In this document: positions 12,601 through 25,100 of the stretch, piece by piece
Numbering within the stretch: position 1 is the first letter of the stretch
Layout: each line of letters opens with the position of its first letter
Source: Haliotis rubra
Taxonomy: Eukaryota
Reading direction: 5' to 3'
DNA length: 64,000 nucleotides
Assembly: GCF_003918875.1 (NCBI RefSeq)
Contig: NW_025766447.1
Span: 3,472,001 to 3,536,000 of the forward strand
Notes under the pieces: generated by a model
The model's database searches: none
What the model was told of the DNA's origin: nothing
What the model saw: only the letters and a program-made list of their open reading frames with translations
Program-made: the position numbers and the translations under genes

Positions 12601-15600
12601 AACAATGGAAGAGTGAATGTGCTTCTACCTGTTACATAAAGGGTGGCGTGAATGAAGTGAACAAACTATATTTGACATGTAGGTCTCCGAGGTTCATAAT
12701 ATTTCAAGCGAACAAAACTTGAGTGAAAAGTAGACTGTTGAAAGAAATCTACAACTTGTGAATATGAGCCGAATAGGGACACACGAATTATAATCAGACA
12801 GTATCAACCCGAAATACAGAAGAAATGTTTACTTAAGTGAAGATCCGTTTACAAGTAGTCTTCAGCAACTCATGCTTGTCTTAAGAGGCGACTAACGGGA
12901 TCGTGTGACTCATGTCCTAGTATCCCAAATCAGTAGATATTTACAGCCCGCCGCCATATAGCTAGAATATTGCAGAGTGCGGCGTTAAACAACAAACAAG
13001 TAAGAATTATTTTCAATAAATGTGTCTGTGAATCGCTAAATGTGGGACACTTGCGTATTTACCAGGGTGTCCAAAGAGGAACCTAGTGTGCATGATCGCC
13101 CCCTGAGCGGCGGTGTCGTGAAGCGGGGCGTGGGGGGACATTTTGGCGTCGCTAGTGTCCTTGTTGATACCGCCGATAGCAGCAATGGTTTTACCAGACT
13201 GGTCATACGGGCCGCCGTGACTACATTTCCCCGTCTTGAACGTCGCTGGGTCCTCTGTAAGCAAAGTGTTTCAGTTCGTGAGTGAGTTGGGTTATACGCC
13301 GATTTTAGCAATCACGGCGGGAACAACAGAAAATACTTCACACATTGTACCCATGTATGAAATCAAAGCCGGGTCTTTAAACATTGGGTTACCCCTGTTT
13401 CCGTTAGGCAGAGTTCATTTAATGGCCAATGAATGTTGAGGGTACTATGTGAACAATCTGTTTCAGATGGATGAAGTAGATCGGTTGTCTAGTAAATGTC
13501 GATGTACATTTTACAACCTTTGGCGAGCATACATTAATTTACAGAAACATGGTTCTTTTAACCATGCAAACATCTCAGCTATACTATTGTCAACCAAACC
13601 CGCTCCCTCCCCAAAGTGACCCTCAGCTGCAGTTCGTTATATCCGAAGTTCGTTAGTCACTGGTTCGTTACTCCAGGGGTCAGCAACAGCATCTTGTATC
13701 CGGCAGCCGTGGTGCCATCCGGATTCAATGTACTCACTTGCCGGCTTGTGTCTGTCCTGTCCACTCCGGTATCCACTGGTCAGAAGGGGACCTTGGACTA
13801 TGATGTTGGCTGTGCAGGGTATCCCAGTAGAAGAGCTGAAAGGGGAGGGCGGTTCGCTGTAGCGGTTCACTGTTGTTAGAGCGTGTATCCAATGTACATT
13901 TCTGCATTGAAGGTTTAGTATTGGTCGGCAAACGGTATGCACATACTCTCCCATAAACATTAGATAGCATCATTCTTCCTCAGTTTCATACTTATTTGTA
14001 ACGCTGTAGGCTTATTTCATTGTATTCAGCAAATATACCTAGCAATATATTCATGAAGGGTGTCTGGACTGAAGGTCATGCATACATTACCAACACACTG
14101 CAGCCAACAGTTCATAACAGCTGAATATGCATACAGGTCATACAGAGTACAGCTGCACTCACCCACAGCTGCGACACGTGTCCATGGCGGATGGTGCCTG
14201 GGCCATGAGTGGTTTTCCCCGCATCCCTGTAGACAGACACGCGGTGATGTTGTTAGTCGGTACGTAGTGTTGCTATAGTCAGCAATGTTACAACTGTGTT
14301 ACAGTTGTTAGATACAACCAGTTGTTAAATGTAAGTCATAAACAACAGTCATCAGGAAGGTTGACAAACACTGCGCCAAGACACGTGGATTACTGAGGAT
14401 GCAGTGATAAGGGTGTAAGGGGTGTTATTAGTTCTTGTGTCTGGGGATGTAACGCTGTGCCTAGCAATATTCCAGTTGTATGAAGGTGGCCTGTAAATAA
14501 TGGATATTGTCAACAAAGACCAGGGCGTCATGGTACAACACGCTATCAACCTCGTCACCGAACCTGACCACCCAATCCACTATAGTTCACCTCTTATGAT
14601 CAGCATAAGTTGCTGGGATCCCACATCTGAATCCTCTCGTTGAGGACATGTGTGAACAAAGTTACAATTACTCGAGACTTATTCGACTATTCGAGGATAT
14701 TTTTACTTTTATCAACGAGTGCTGATATTTTCTATATCAGAAGACACGAGGGTGAGATTCTATTTATCATCAAAGATCACTCTTCATTGGTTTTGAAAAA
14801 TGTACATCTCTGAATACGGTACTGCCATTAGAATTGGAGTGCAGCGATGTCATAGCATTGTGACGTCATCAGATTTATGACGCCATACCATTGTGAGTCA
14901 TGTAATTGATGATGTCAAAGCATTGCGAGCTCATGTAATTTGATGAAGTCAGAGCATTGTACAAAATCTATTGTCAAAAACGATATCTCACACAAGCAAT
15001 ATCTCCATTGGAACACAGTTTTGGATAATAAAGACTTCTACATACACAGGATGCTATCAATATCGGCTGACTGTGCGAAATCTCACAGAACAAAATCCTG
15101 CTATGCAGAATGCATTTGTCGTGTGTATTGTTCATTCCGTAATTCATGTTTTGTTAACTTACTTACATATAAAAACGTCAATACATTAATACATGGTTTG
15201 AGCATACCTAGAGACTCATAGGCCGCCTTTCCACTGAGTTCCGGCCAGTTGGTGTTGCTGTAGAACATCTGGACAATGTGTAGAAACTGACCAATCAACT
15301 CTCGAGCAGCATCGAGGTTGGGATTGGTCTTGGTCTTGTTTAAAACATTGATGGCTGTTTCCCGTAGCAACGTGATCTTGTCGTTACCTGAAGTCGTCAT
15401 TATATTAATGAATTGCATTTCAATAAAACATTAAAATATTGAAATATTACTTTAAAATTCCATTACGTAGCATCACCCCATATTGATGGTGTTTCCAATT
15501 CATTTACGGATGATGAACTTCTGACAGCCGAGTGTATCAGTATACCACTTTAACATTAATTATCACATTCACAGCTAAAACAACACTTACATTTTCACCG

Positions 15601-17977
15601 ACCAATCTTATTTGAATAAGACGTCAAGTTCAAAGGTCAACTTTTATTTCTGACGTGACCTGAAATGGGATGTTGTCAGATCTTTGTGTAACGTAAGTGA
15701 GCACTGTAATCTAATCTGTCATGTTTAGTTAATATGCCAATGGCACCTTCTTTGATGGCCTCCCCGTTGACGTGCCAGGCAGACTCGGAGTAGTGGTCCT
15801 GGTCCACTCTGTTGTTGGCCTTCACGATGTCATCGATGGCCTCCTGGAACCGCTTCTCAGATACAGTTCCTGTCATCAAATTACATACAATAACACAACA
15901 ACCACAATCTACGAGGCATGATCTGTTTTGGAACATGGCAAAAAATGGCGGACATCACCACATGTTCCTTGTTCAAAACTCTATGCCGTTATGCAAAATG
16001 TTTTACGAAAACATTTACACAATATGATATATAGTTATGGTTAGTTTTATACGTTGTGCAAAAATGGGCATCTCCAGGGACCCTGAGAATATTATAGAAT
16101 GATCAGGAAAGCGTACCCAAAAATCTCTATTCTGTACTGTCATTTTGATACCTTTGTACGGAACTTGAATTAATTGTGAACAGAATATAATTGTTAATAA
16201 TAGCAAATTATTTTGCTGGAATCAACACGTTTCACGCCTAGTTCTTTTACGGATTGATTATTGATTAACGTTTCTGGTTTACCATGGAATCAACACGTGA
16301 CCATATTGACCTATCTATCTAATACTGACGATGTTATATTATCACTTCTGATACAAGAATAATGGATGACGTCATGTGGTTTTGTTAACAGGCTGCATTT
16401 TGCTTGAATTGACCAATCTCTGAGAGTCTGTAATTGGTAGTCTTTCTTCAGCCTTCACAACAGAGTATCACAAGAGCTAGCTAAATATCCTGCCATTCTG
16501 ACTGCGTTAATGTGCATATTACCCGCTTATATGTTGTTCTGGTGAGGTGTTATCTATAATGTGTCTACATTGCCTTGTATTCTCTCGGGTAAACTTCAAA
16601 TCCAAACAATGATAACGAATGCTGTGGTGACGTCGAATGAACGAAACCTCTCAAACACGTATCAAATTCATCCTACGACTGATTAAAGCATCTGGAACAA
16701 TGTCGTCGCATCATAGAAAGAAGAAAATCGTCGGCAAAGCAATGTCTCCTGAGCACCATCTCTGGACTTTAGTATCAGAACCAACATCATCGTACAACCC
16801 CATTTCACAACGATTTCACAGGACTACATCATGACACAGGTTCATTTGCAACAGCAGCAAATCCATGACTGCGAGAGATATCTGAACAAATGTGGAAAAC
16901 CTGTGGATGTTATTCTGGTACAACAACACCGTCTACTGGCAGATAACTGCATAACGATATGGGTGAAACTCCCACACAGGTATAGGAAATCTGGGGCAAG
17001 AACAGTCCTATGTTCTTGTGATGATGTACTACCTTTGTTCCCAAAGCAAATTCTTCTAACTTCATCTTTCAAACTGATGACCATGCATACCGCAAACTAA
17101 ATTGATTACAAATAAATTCATGACAGTGAAACATTCTGTAGTTTCGATCAGGTTACTTTGTGTGTTTATCTAGTTTAAGTTTCACTAGCCAATGAGAAAA
17201 TTACTCATTAAATAACAAGTTGCCGGAATAACTTGAAGGATATGAACAACCTTGTTCTGACAGGGTGTCATCATGTTGTAATGAAATGACATACTACTGT
17301 TTCAGGAAATGATTAATCAGTTACAGATAATCCTTAAACATCAAACCTCGTAAGCTATATTCAACGTATTCTTGGATCACTTCTATATCTGAAACAAACA
17401 TCTATAACCCAAATGACGGGAACATGGCAGTTCTTTCAGTTAATATAAACACATTCCAGCCAGATGGCAGCGGTTTGTAAATAATCGACAATCATATAAA
17501 ACAACCAATCCAGTGATTGTCATCACGAACATGGATCTGCCCCAATTGGGATACGATGACATGCAATAAATAAGTCAACCTGACTTCCCGATCCAGTTAA
17601 TCGCCTCTTACGACGAGTTTCGGTTCCTGAAGATCAATTATAACCTGGTTCTTCACGGGTTCGGACATTGGCATGAAATGCTCACAATTAAGTTTTCTTA
17701 GTTTCAATGGCTTGTTGGTTATACCTCCGTAATACTTGTCGAAGAGCTTCCTGGCTGTGATGTCCTTAATCCCGGTAAGCGCCCCAGGAGATATGGACTT
17801 GCCAGGCAAGGGGTTGTTTTCGAAGAACTCGGCGACAGCGTACAGGATGCCGATCTCCGTGATGTCCTGATGGGTGTAGTCGGAGCCTGAGGACAGGAGG
17901 GTGAACTGGTTGGGGAGGAACCCCCGGGCACAGGGCCATGATATCAGCGTTAACACTGTCAACAAGGTAAATAACAT
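6628..17977 (-). CDS. VWA7-like paralogue B, secreted, ~801 aa (signal peptide, Het-C-like domain, vWA, Ig-like C-terminal region)
   Basis: 17 phase-consistent exons: 17725-17977, 15747-15869, 15208-15387, 14163-14226, 13738-13835, 13063-13254, 12109-12321, 11765-11884, 10164-10325 (GC donor), 9915-10000, 9490-9631, 9229-9278, 8940-9093, 8219-8385, 7946-8057, 7334-7532, 6628-6718; total 2406 nt. Motifs: signal peptide then GFLPN, THQDIT, LLTSGY, KCSHGG, GGINKD..SPH..LH, vWA VFVIDTTGSM, GGGDCPE, VYVFTDA, furin-like RRKR. AATAAA (minus strand) near 6566-6571. Confidence 0.88.
10592..11790. repeat. Minisatellite of 49- and 36-bp units overlapping the exon 8 donor of paralogue B
   Basis: About 25 copies of GTACCTGCCTGTAGACC(TGTGAGGGAGAAC)TGTGATCGGTGTATATGAC. 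Confidence 0.95.
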
Positions 17978-18380
17978 GGTGTTCCCTATGGCAAATGTTC
18001 CTTATCTGCTTGGCACTTTTCACCATAACCCTGCTTCCGTTTAGAGCGCGTTCTGCGAATGATGTGACAGTAATTGCATTGGGCCGTTTCTAACCCGAAA
18101 ACACCATGTTTCCCCGTGATAACCTAAACGTAACACGGGTGTCACCCTCTGTCGTCACCGTTACTTCTAAAGACGGCGTTCTCACTTACATACTCTTGGT
18201 GAACACACGACACACCTCGTAATAATTATTTTTTTTACTCGGAAGTTTATGATTTCATTGGAAACTGTATTGTGATTCACAGGGTTACTCTTCAGATCAG
18301 TGTACATATATCACACTATCACAGTGAAACATATTCTGGACATGTTATTCAGTTATAGAGACGAAAGACAATTCCTTATA

Positions 18381-19253
18381 TACTGAAAGGCAAAAGAAAC
18401 GTCGCAATATTAGAAATGACATTTGAGTATCAATGGAGTATTTGAACCTATTTTTTTAAATATACACCAGAAGTCAAGTTTGAGGAAACATGAATCGTGG
18501 TCGTATAGCCTGCATTGCCCAATAAAGTATTGTTTGAGATTGAAGTTAGAATGTTTTTGTTTTTGGAGAGGGAAAAGTTCCCACAAACACAACATTGAAA
18601 TCGAGATGCACGTGCATCATAAATGCATTCAGGCATAAATTGCCGGCTTGAATGGCAATCGTTCACTTGTTTTCTGAACACAGCAGCTATGACTAGGTTA
18701 ACGAGAGATAAACCACAACAAGCTATTGGACGTCTGCACGCTGGTCAACATGCTCGAGTCATTGCTAATGACTTCAGTTGCAGCGTACGAACGATAGAAC
18801 GTCTTAGAGTGCGATACAACGCCACCAGCAGCACTGATGACCGTCCACGTAGTAGTCAACCCCGTGTAACAACACGTCGCCAGGACCGTCATATCGTCCA
18901 TCAACACGTGCAAGACCTATTCGCAAGGGCCAGAGAAACAGCTTGGGTGACCATAGGAAACCACCAGCGACCAGTCGGTGACCTACAATTCGGCGACGTC
19001 TCCAAGCCAGGAACCTGTTTTGTCGATGTCCTGCCAGGAGACCCATATTCACCCAACGTCACTGCCGGGAACGTATCCAAGTGGACACAACAGCGGCAAA
19101 ACTGTCGTGGGGGACAATGGAGAGGGGTTATCTTCTCTGATGAAAGTTGGTACTGCATTTCAGTGGCGTATTATTTTAAAAACATAGGTTCAAACGTCCA
19201 TTGATACTTAAATGTCATTTCCAATATTACGACATTTCTTTTGCCTTTCAGTA
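18381..19253 (+). mobile_element. Internally deleted Tc1/mariner DNA transposon
   Basis: Terminal inverted repeats TACTGAAAGGCAAAAGAAA.../...TTTCTTTTGCCTTTCAGTA. N-terminal transposase remnant (MTRLTRDK..AIGRL, DRPRS.QPRVTT.RQDR, WRGVIFSDES) truncated after the first catalytic D. Confidence 0.92.
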
Positions 19254-21179
19254 AACCAGCGAACCGAGAGAACAATGTCTATTCTTGATCGTCAATGCAT
19301 TCTGAAGGTATTTCGTACCTCAATAAACTAGTTCCGATTGGTATGAAGAAGGTATCGTTTTCGTCGTTTCAGGTACCGTTAGGTGATTCGTATTCTCCTT
19401 TGAGAAATTGAAACGTTGACAATCACTCGGAAGCGGATATGGTCTTGAAAGATGATTCGATAGTTGGACATGACACTGCAGTTGAATATGAGAGCACGAT
19501 TACTTGTGAGTGTGAGATCCCACCCGGGGAAAGCTGTATATAGTTGTCACGACTTTCAACTGTTTAGCGATATCTATGTACATTACCAGGATGTATACAG
19601 TGGCAGCTGTCAGTGTCCACGGCTATCTGACCGTAATCTCATGGTGACCTACTCACGTTGTTACCACTGAAACGTGTACCCATCATGCATCGTCTACTCT
19701 CGACAAGCTCTGACTGATTGACTGATTGATGTTTTATGCCGCACTCAGCTATATTCCAGCTATATGGCGGCGGGCTGTAAAAATCTAGTCTGCACCAGAC
19801 AATCCAATGATCAACTGCGTGAGCATCGATTTCTGTAATTGGGAACCGATGACATGTGTCAACCAAGTCAACGAGCCTGACCACCCAATCCCCTTAGTCG
19901 CCTCTTTCGACAAACATGGGTTGCTGAAGACCGATTCTAACCAGGATCTTCACGTATGATTGATATATCAAACGAGTGAATTAGTTTAGAACTTAATTCC
20001 ATGATGTCCCATGATCCCTCGCTGTCCTCGTCTCTATTCAACAACGAGACATTATCTGCGTACTATTTCCGTCGTTCATCAACAGCTATGACGTCGGGTT
20101 GAGTGATACAATAGGCGAAATGACGTCAACCCGTACCTGTGCAATGGACAGTCACAAACAGGAACATAATATGTATATATAGAGAGAGGATATTATATGA
20201 GTGCCCATGTCATATTATGTTTATGACACGAGTGCCTAAATGTTTGTATTTCCCGAGCGAGAGCATGAGTGTCGTAAACACAGCATGATATGGGCACGAA
20301 TATAATATTCTATTTATTACCGAAGTCGTCAAATTGAGGAAAATAAACCCAATACAAATCTACTTTCAAGCATAGGCTGGCTACCCGCCGTCGCCGCATG
20401 TAGAACGCAACGTCAGAGAAGAAACGTGACGTCATAACATTGTTCATGACGTCACGTCACCATGACAAAGTGATATTTTGCCCTAGGGCATCGTATGAAA
20501 TATATGAACCCCGATAGGTTCGCCCTCGTAGGTAATAAATTTTAATATGACGTTTACACGATTTATTCGGCTTTCCTTTGGACGAGAGGCTTTACCATTG
20601 GTCAGATGACGTGTTTAATTGACATGTACCAGTCTGTAGCAATTTATCAAAATATATATTGTACACATCTTTCTTATCACCTTGCATCTTTCCTGTCAGC
20701 CAAATGATCAAAGATGACTCACAATTGCGAGAGGCGCAGCATCATGAAAAACACAGGAAATCTCCCCCGACCCGTCTATCGTGTCGGTCATTATGACGTC
20801 CTGTATTTCAGGTAAACTGACCGACGTACTAAGGTAGTTCTGGTGGTCTTAGATTACGAATCTGTTTGTGGTAACCCACCAACAAAATGATGCACCTGTA
20901 GGAAAGGTTCACCATACGAACGCTCGTGTAACCGCGCCTTTTGATTAACTATTTTATTTAAGTTCAAAGTTTATATGTTAAAGTTCTATGGCTGCCCGTG
21001 TAAACACGTCAGAACTGCTACATGGAATTGTGTAATACATCCCTCAAACAGAGATATAAATATATACAAATTGACTGAAGTGAATGTGCCATGTCACTTG
21101 TAAACCCCTGATGTGTGTAAAACATTTGTTCAGAATATGTATTGTGTATCCTAATAGTATATAAATATATACCGATGTA

Positions 21180-21526
21180 ATGCTGAGTGGTGGTGTGTGG
21201 TCCTGTGCATAGAGTTCAGGTCACTCATCAGTTGAAGTTAAGCAACGTTGGGCACGGAGAGTCGCTGGGTGACCGTGTTTGGCAGCTTGACTATTGAGAG
21301 TGTCTAGGATTTCGGTCCTGCCCCACAACAAAGCAAATGAATTTGTCAAAAAATTGCCTATGTTCACCCAGCAGAAAATGGGTACCCGGTAGGATGTCAC
21401 GTGACTATTAACCTTCTAGCCAGCCCCGGGTTATCCGGGGTAATATTGTGCTGGGCTCTGATTGTTAACGCTGTGAGCATTCACCTAGTGAATGGAGTTT
21501 AGCGCATTATAAATGGACTTATTATT
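21180..21526 (+). mobile_element. SINE-like element with a 5S-rRNA-like segment
   Basis: GAAGTTAAGCAACGTTGGGC...GGGTGACCG resembles the 5S internal control region. Central CACCCAGCAGAAAATGGGTACC. Tail GCGCATTATAAATGGAC(TTA)n. Confidence 0.5.
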
Positions 21527-21528
21527 TA

Positions 21529-21953
21529 TACTACCCATCAAATGTTTAGACTCACTTAAAGCACTCACTATATGTTATGAATATATATATGGTTACATCG
21601 AAGATGAATTTCTCCACTAACTGGGTGGAACCAACTGCAAAATTTATGTTGATGATGGCACGAGTATCATGCATCAAATTTCTGTAAACCATGTGCAAAT
21701 ATCGCGCATGTGAACAGCTGCATTTTGGTGTAAAGTTTTGTTTAGAATTCGCTAATTTTCACTGAGTTTCATCATTTACTGAACTCATGACAATAATCTT
21801 TTGAACGTTACGAATTCGTTTTACAATACACCAGTTCATGTGTAAACAGCACCTTCAAACAGTATGGAATATTTTGCAAAATCCAATTAGAACAGTTGAC
21901 TGAAGTAAGTGGCTACATTTACACTAGTGAGTCTAAACTTTTGATGGGTAGTA
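21529..21953. mobile_element. MITE (Tc1/mariner-type ends)
   Basis: Terminal inverted repeat TACTACCCATCAAATGTTTAGACTCACT / AGTGAGTCTAAACTTTTGATGGGTAGTA flanked by TA; no ORF. Confidence 0.85.
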
Positions 21954-22171
21954 TATAGTGTGAAGGATGTCTTAGTTGCCTGAAATGTCGTCACGTCAGA
22001 TTCCTTGTTCCAACACTGATAATCAGTGTAACGAAATGAGATCTAATGAAGACAAAACTATTCTTTGTGACATAAATAGCCCTTTAATATATTCTTCGTA
22101 CTTTTGGTCATTGTATTAATAGCATGTGACCGTCTGAAGATGTCTCGTGTGCAGATTCCGCAATAGCGCCT

Positions 22172-25100
22172 TCATTGCTGAAATATACAGAAATACTAAA
22201 TACAGTTTCAATAGGTGTATTTCTTAATAAACTGACATACAAAACAAAGTACATGCCTGGCGCTTGGGGAATACTTCCCCCTAAAAGATCAAGTAAATAT
22301 TTTGACAAGTGTTTAATTGTGATGTACAAATCACATATCTTGTTTACATGTTGCCACGACACCACAGATTCCCTTCACAGGTATTCATTTGTTAAGTTAT
22401 AAGCATGTTATACGACAACAGTATCAAAACCATTGAGATTGTTAGTTGTATACCTGTAGAAGGCACACATCAAAATGCCAAGATTGGACATCCCACCTAC
22501 CTCTGACGCGTGCACTGTAAATGTCCTCATTACATATTGGTAATCGTCACTGGCATCAACAGGGGCAGCCTTGATCATAACGTTCCTGGAATATACACGT
22601 TGTGATGTCACACAGGTAAATGTTATATCCTTTAAATACACTTATACTCTATAACACATTTTGTGAGTGAAAATGAATTACTACATGTTGTTAATTGGAG
22701 AACTACATTCTCGAAACTCTGGATCAGTTTAGGATATGAATAGGGTTTATATATAAGGGATATTTTTATGTGCAACCTGTTCCGGTTTGAGATCGTCATA
22801 CTTGTATGACTTTGGTCATTTCTAAAAGAGTTAAAAACGTTCAGCATATATTGAAAAAAATAATTTTTGTTCGCTGGAATGTCAAACAGGTTACATAAAC
22901 AAACTTGATAAAATGACAGTCGCTAAACATGTAGTGCAAGATCAAGGAAAGTACGGCCACTCCCCAGGGTCAAACAGATAGACAGAAATCACTTACGAAG
23001 ACACCCCCGCATAGTGGCCGCCATTAAGTTCGAAGTATACAGTGACACTGACTCCTGTCCACAAGTACACTGTTTTGTTGGTGGGGGGCGAGACGAGGCC
23101 CTGGTCATCACTGATGCTCATTAACACCTTCTGATACGCGGACCCGCGATTGACCGCCTCCACGTGCAGGTACATATGCCCGTCCACCGCGAGCTCACCT
23201 GCAGAAAGTATACACAATATTTTGTACCTGCACAGTGTGTACGTGTAGCTGATATATACAATACTGTGTACCTGTTGATCACCTGTATAGCATATAAATA
23301 ACATTGTTTTCTTGTGGGGAATAAAGACGATAGCGTTTACCATTAAACCACATGCATTGCCTTTACACAATAGCGTGTACATGTAGAAAAATAATCAATA
23401 TTGTTTACCTACAGAGAGTGAGTGGGTGAGTTTAATTTTATGCAGCCTTTAGTACCAGAAATGGGCTTCACACACTGAATCCATGTGGGAAATCGAACCG
23501 GTTTATGGGCGTGACGAACGAACGCTCTAAACACATGGCTACCCTACCGCCCTTATCTCCAGAGAGTAAACGAACAATGTTGCTATTCTGCAAATCACCT
23601 TTGGATGGTTCAACTAATGTTGGAACAAATCGATACAAACAGTAGACATGAAGGTTCACCTTCAAACAAGTTATGAATATTAGTTTAAATACAGCGACCC
23701 AACTTCCATGTGAAAAAACAACCATAACTACAAGCAGTGATGTTTTGTGGATGTTTCAAGCACGTTCGTTGAACAATAAGTTTTCTATGAGACAATGCAC
23801 AATAATCAGGTATACACCTATCCTACCTTTAATATCCTGTATTTTCAGGTCCAAGGCACTGGGTTTTACAAGCGACATCTTGGCTCTCTTGAACGTATTT
23901 CCAAGCTTGTCTTTCCCTCGACCCCTACTCGGAATGGCTGCAATTGAGAACACAGTCGGCATTATACAATACACCCATTGTTTTTTGCACTTTTAAAAAA
24001 AAGCCAAACACATGCAGGAATAGTTTTCACCTTTTTGACTTTGAAAAAGTGCTACTATTCATCAATGTGTTATTTTATGTACAGAACAAAGGTTTATGTC
24101 TTCGGCAAACTCTTTATCTCAAACATATTACTTTTGCACTACCGGCGAAAGAGAAGCTGACTCACGACAGAGGGTATAGTACCCTGCGCCCCGTAGCTGT
24201 CACCCCTGTGACCTTGGGGGAGCAGTGGGGCGCGGTACAAGACGACGCCCTTCTCATCAATAAACACAACGTCATCAACCGAGCCCTCCTCATCGGCCCC
24301 TGAAACCTGGATCACGACAGGCGTGGTTGTACCTGAGTAGTAGAAGAACAGAGAATGAATGTTGTATAACGCCATGTTATGGTGGTCTGTAAAAAGACGA
24401 AACAAGTTGATAGTTCTTGAGTAAAGATCACCGATGAGTATTGAACGTTGACAAGGGCACCCAATGTTAGCAACCAGCTCTTGTTGCCGTCGGTTCACAC
24501 TATTGGACAGTAAGGACCTATTCAGAGCTGGAAGTCTCTCGGAGCCGGACTCGTTGGGTGGATTTGTGCCAGGATTCGCTGTTTGGGAGTTCGAATCGCC
24601 GATTCATTTCAAGACATCTACTACATTCACATCAAAGTTGATAATAAGTTTATTCTGCGATACTCAATACTAGTATTATTTCAAACAGATATCCACGTAG
24701 GGCTATGTTTCGTTCACAAATCCAAACACTAAAACGACAACGCCAGAGAATAGGCAGCGTCAATTGTCCTCTATTAGGCGTTAAAGTGAAAATAGTGATG
24801 AAAATCCTAAGAATGGATCACTGAAAATTAGAGACGATAGCATGTGTTCGCGAAAAGAGTAACTCACGCTTTATTTCTCTTTCGTGATGACCAAAACTAA
24901 ATCTTGAAAAGGTTTTCGTTTCTTCCCAAACTTAAACCTTCTTAGATTAACAATAAATAGTATTTCCCTGCGACTAGTCATATGTACACATGTTAATGTT
25001 ACCGACCCATGATAGGTCTTCCCTCCATCTGCATGCTGTAGCCTGTCACCGCATGTGTAGCTATGAACGTGATGGAGAAGTCCACGATGGTCTCGCCGTA

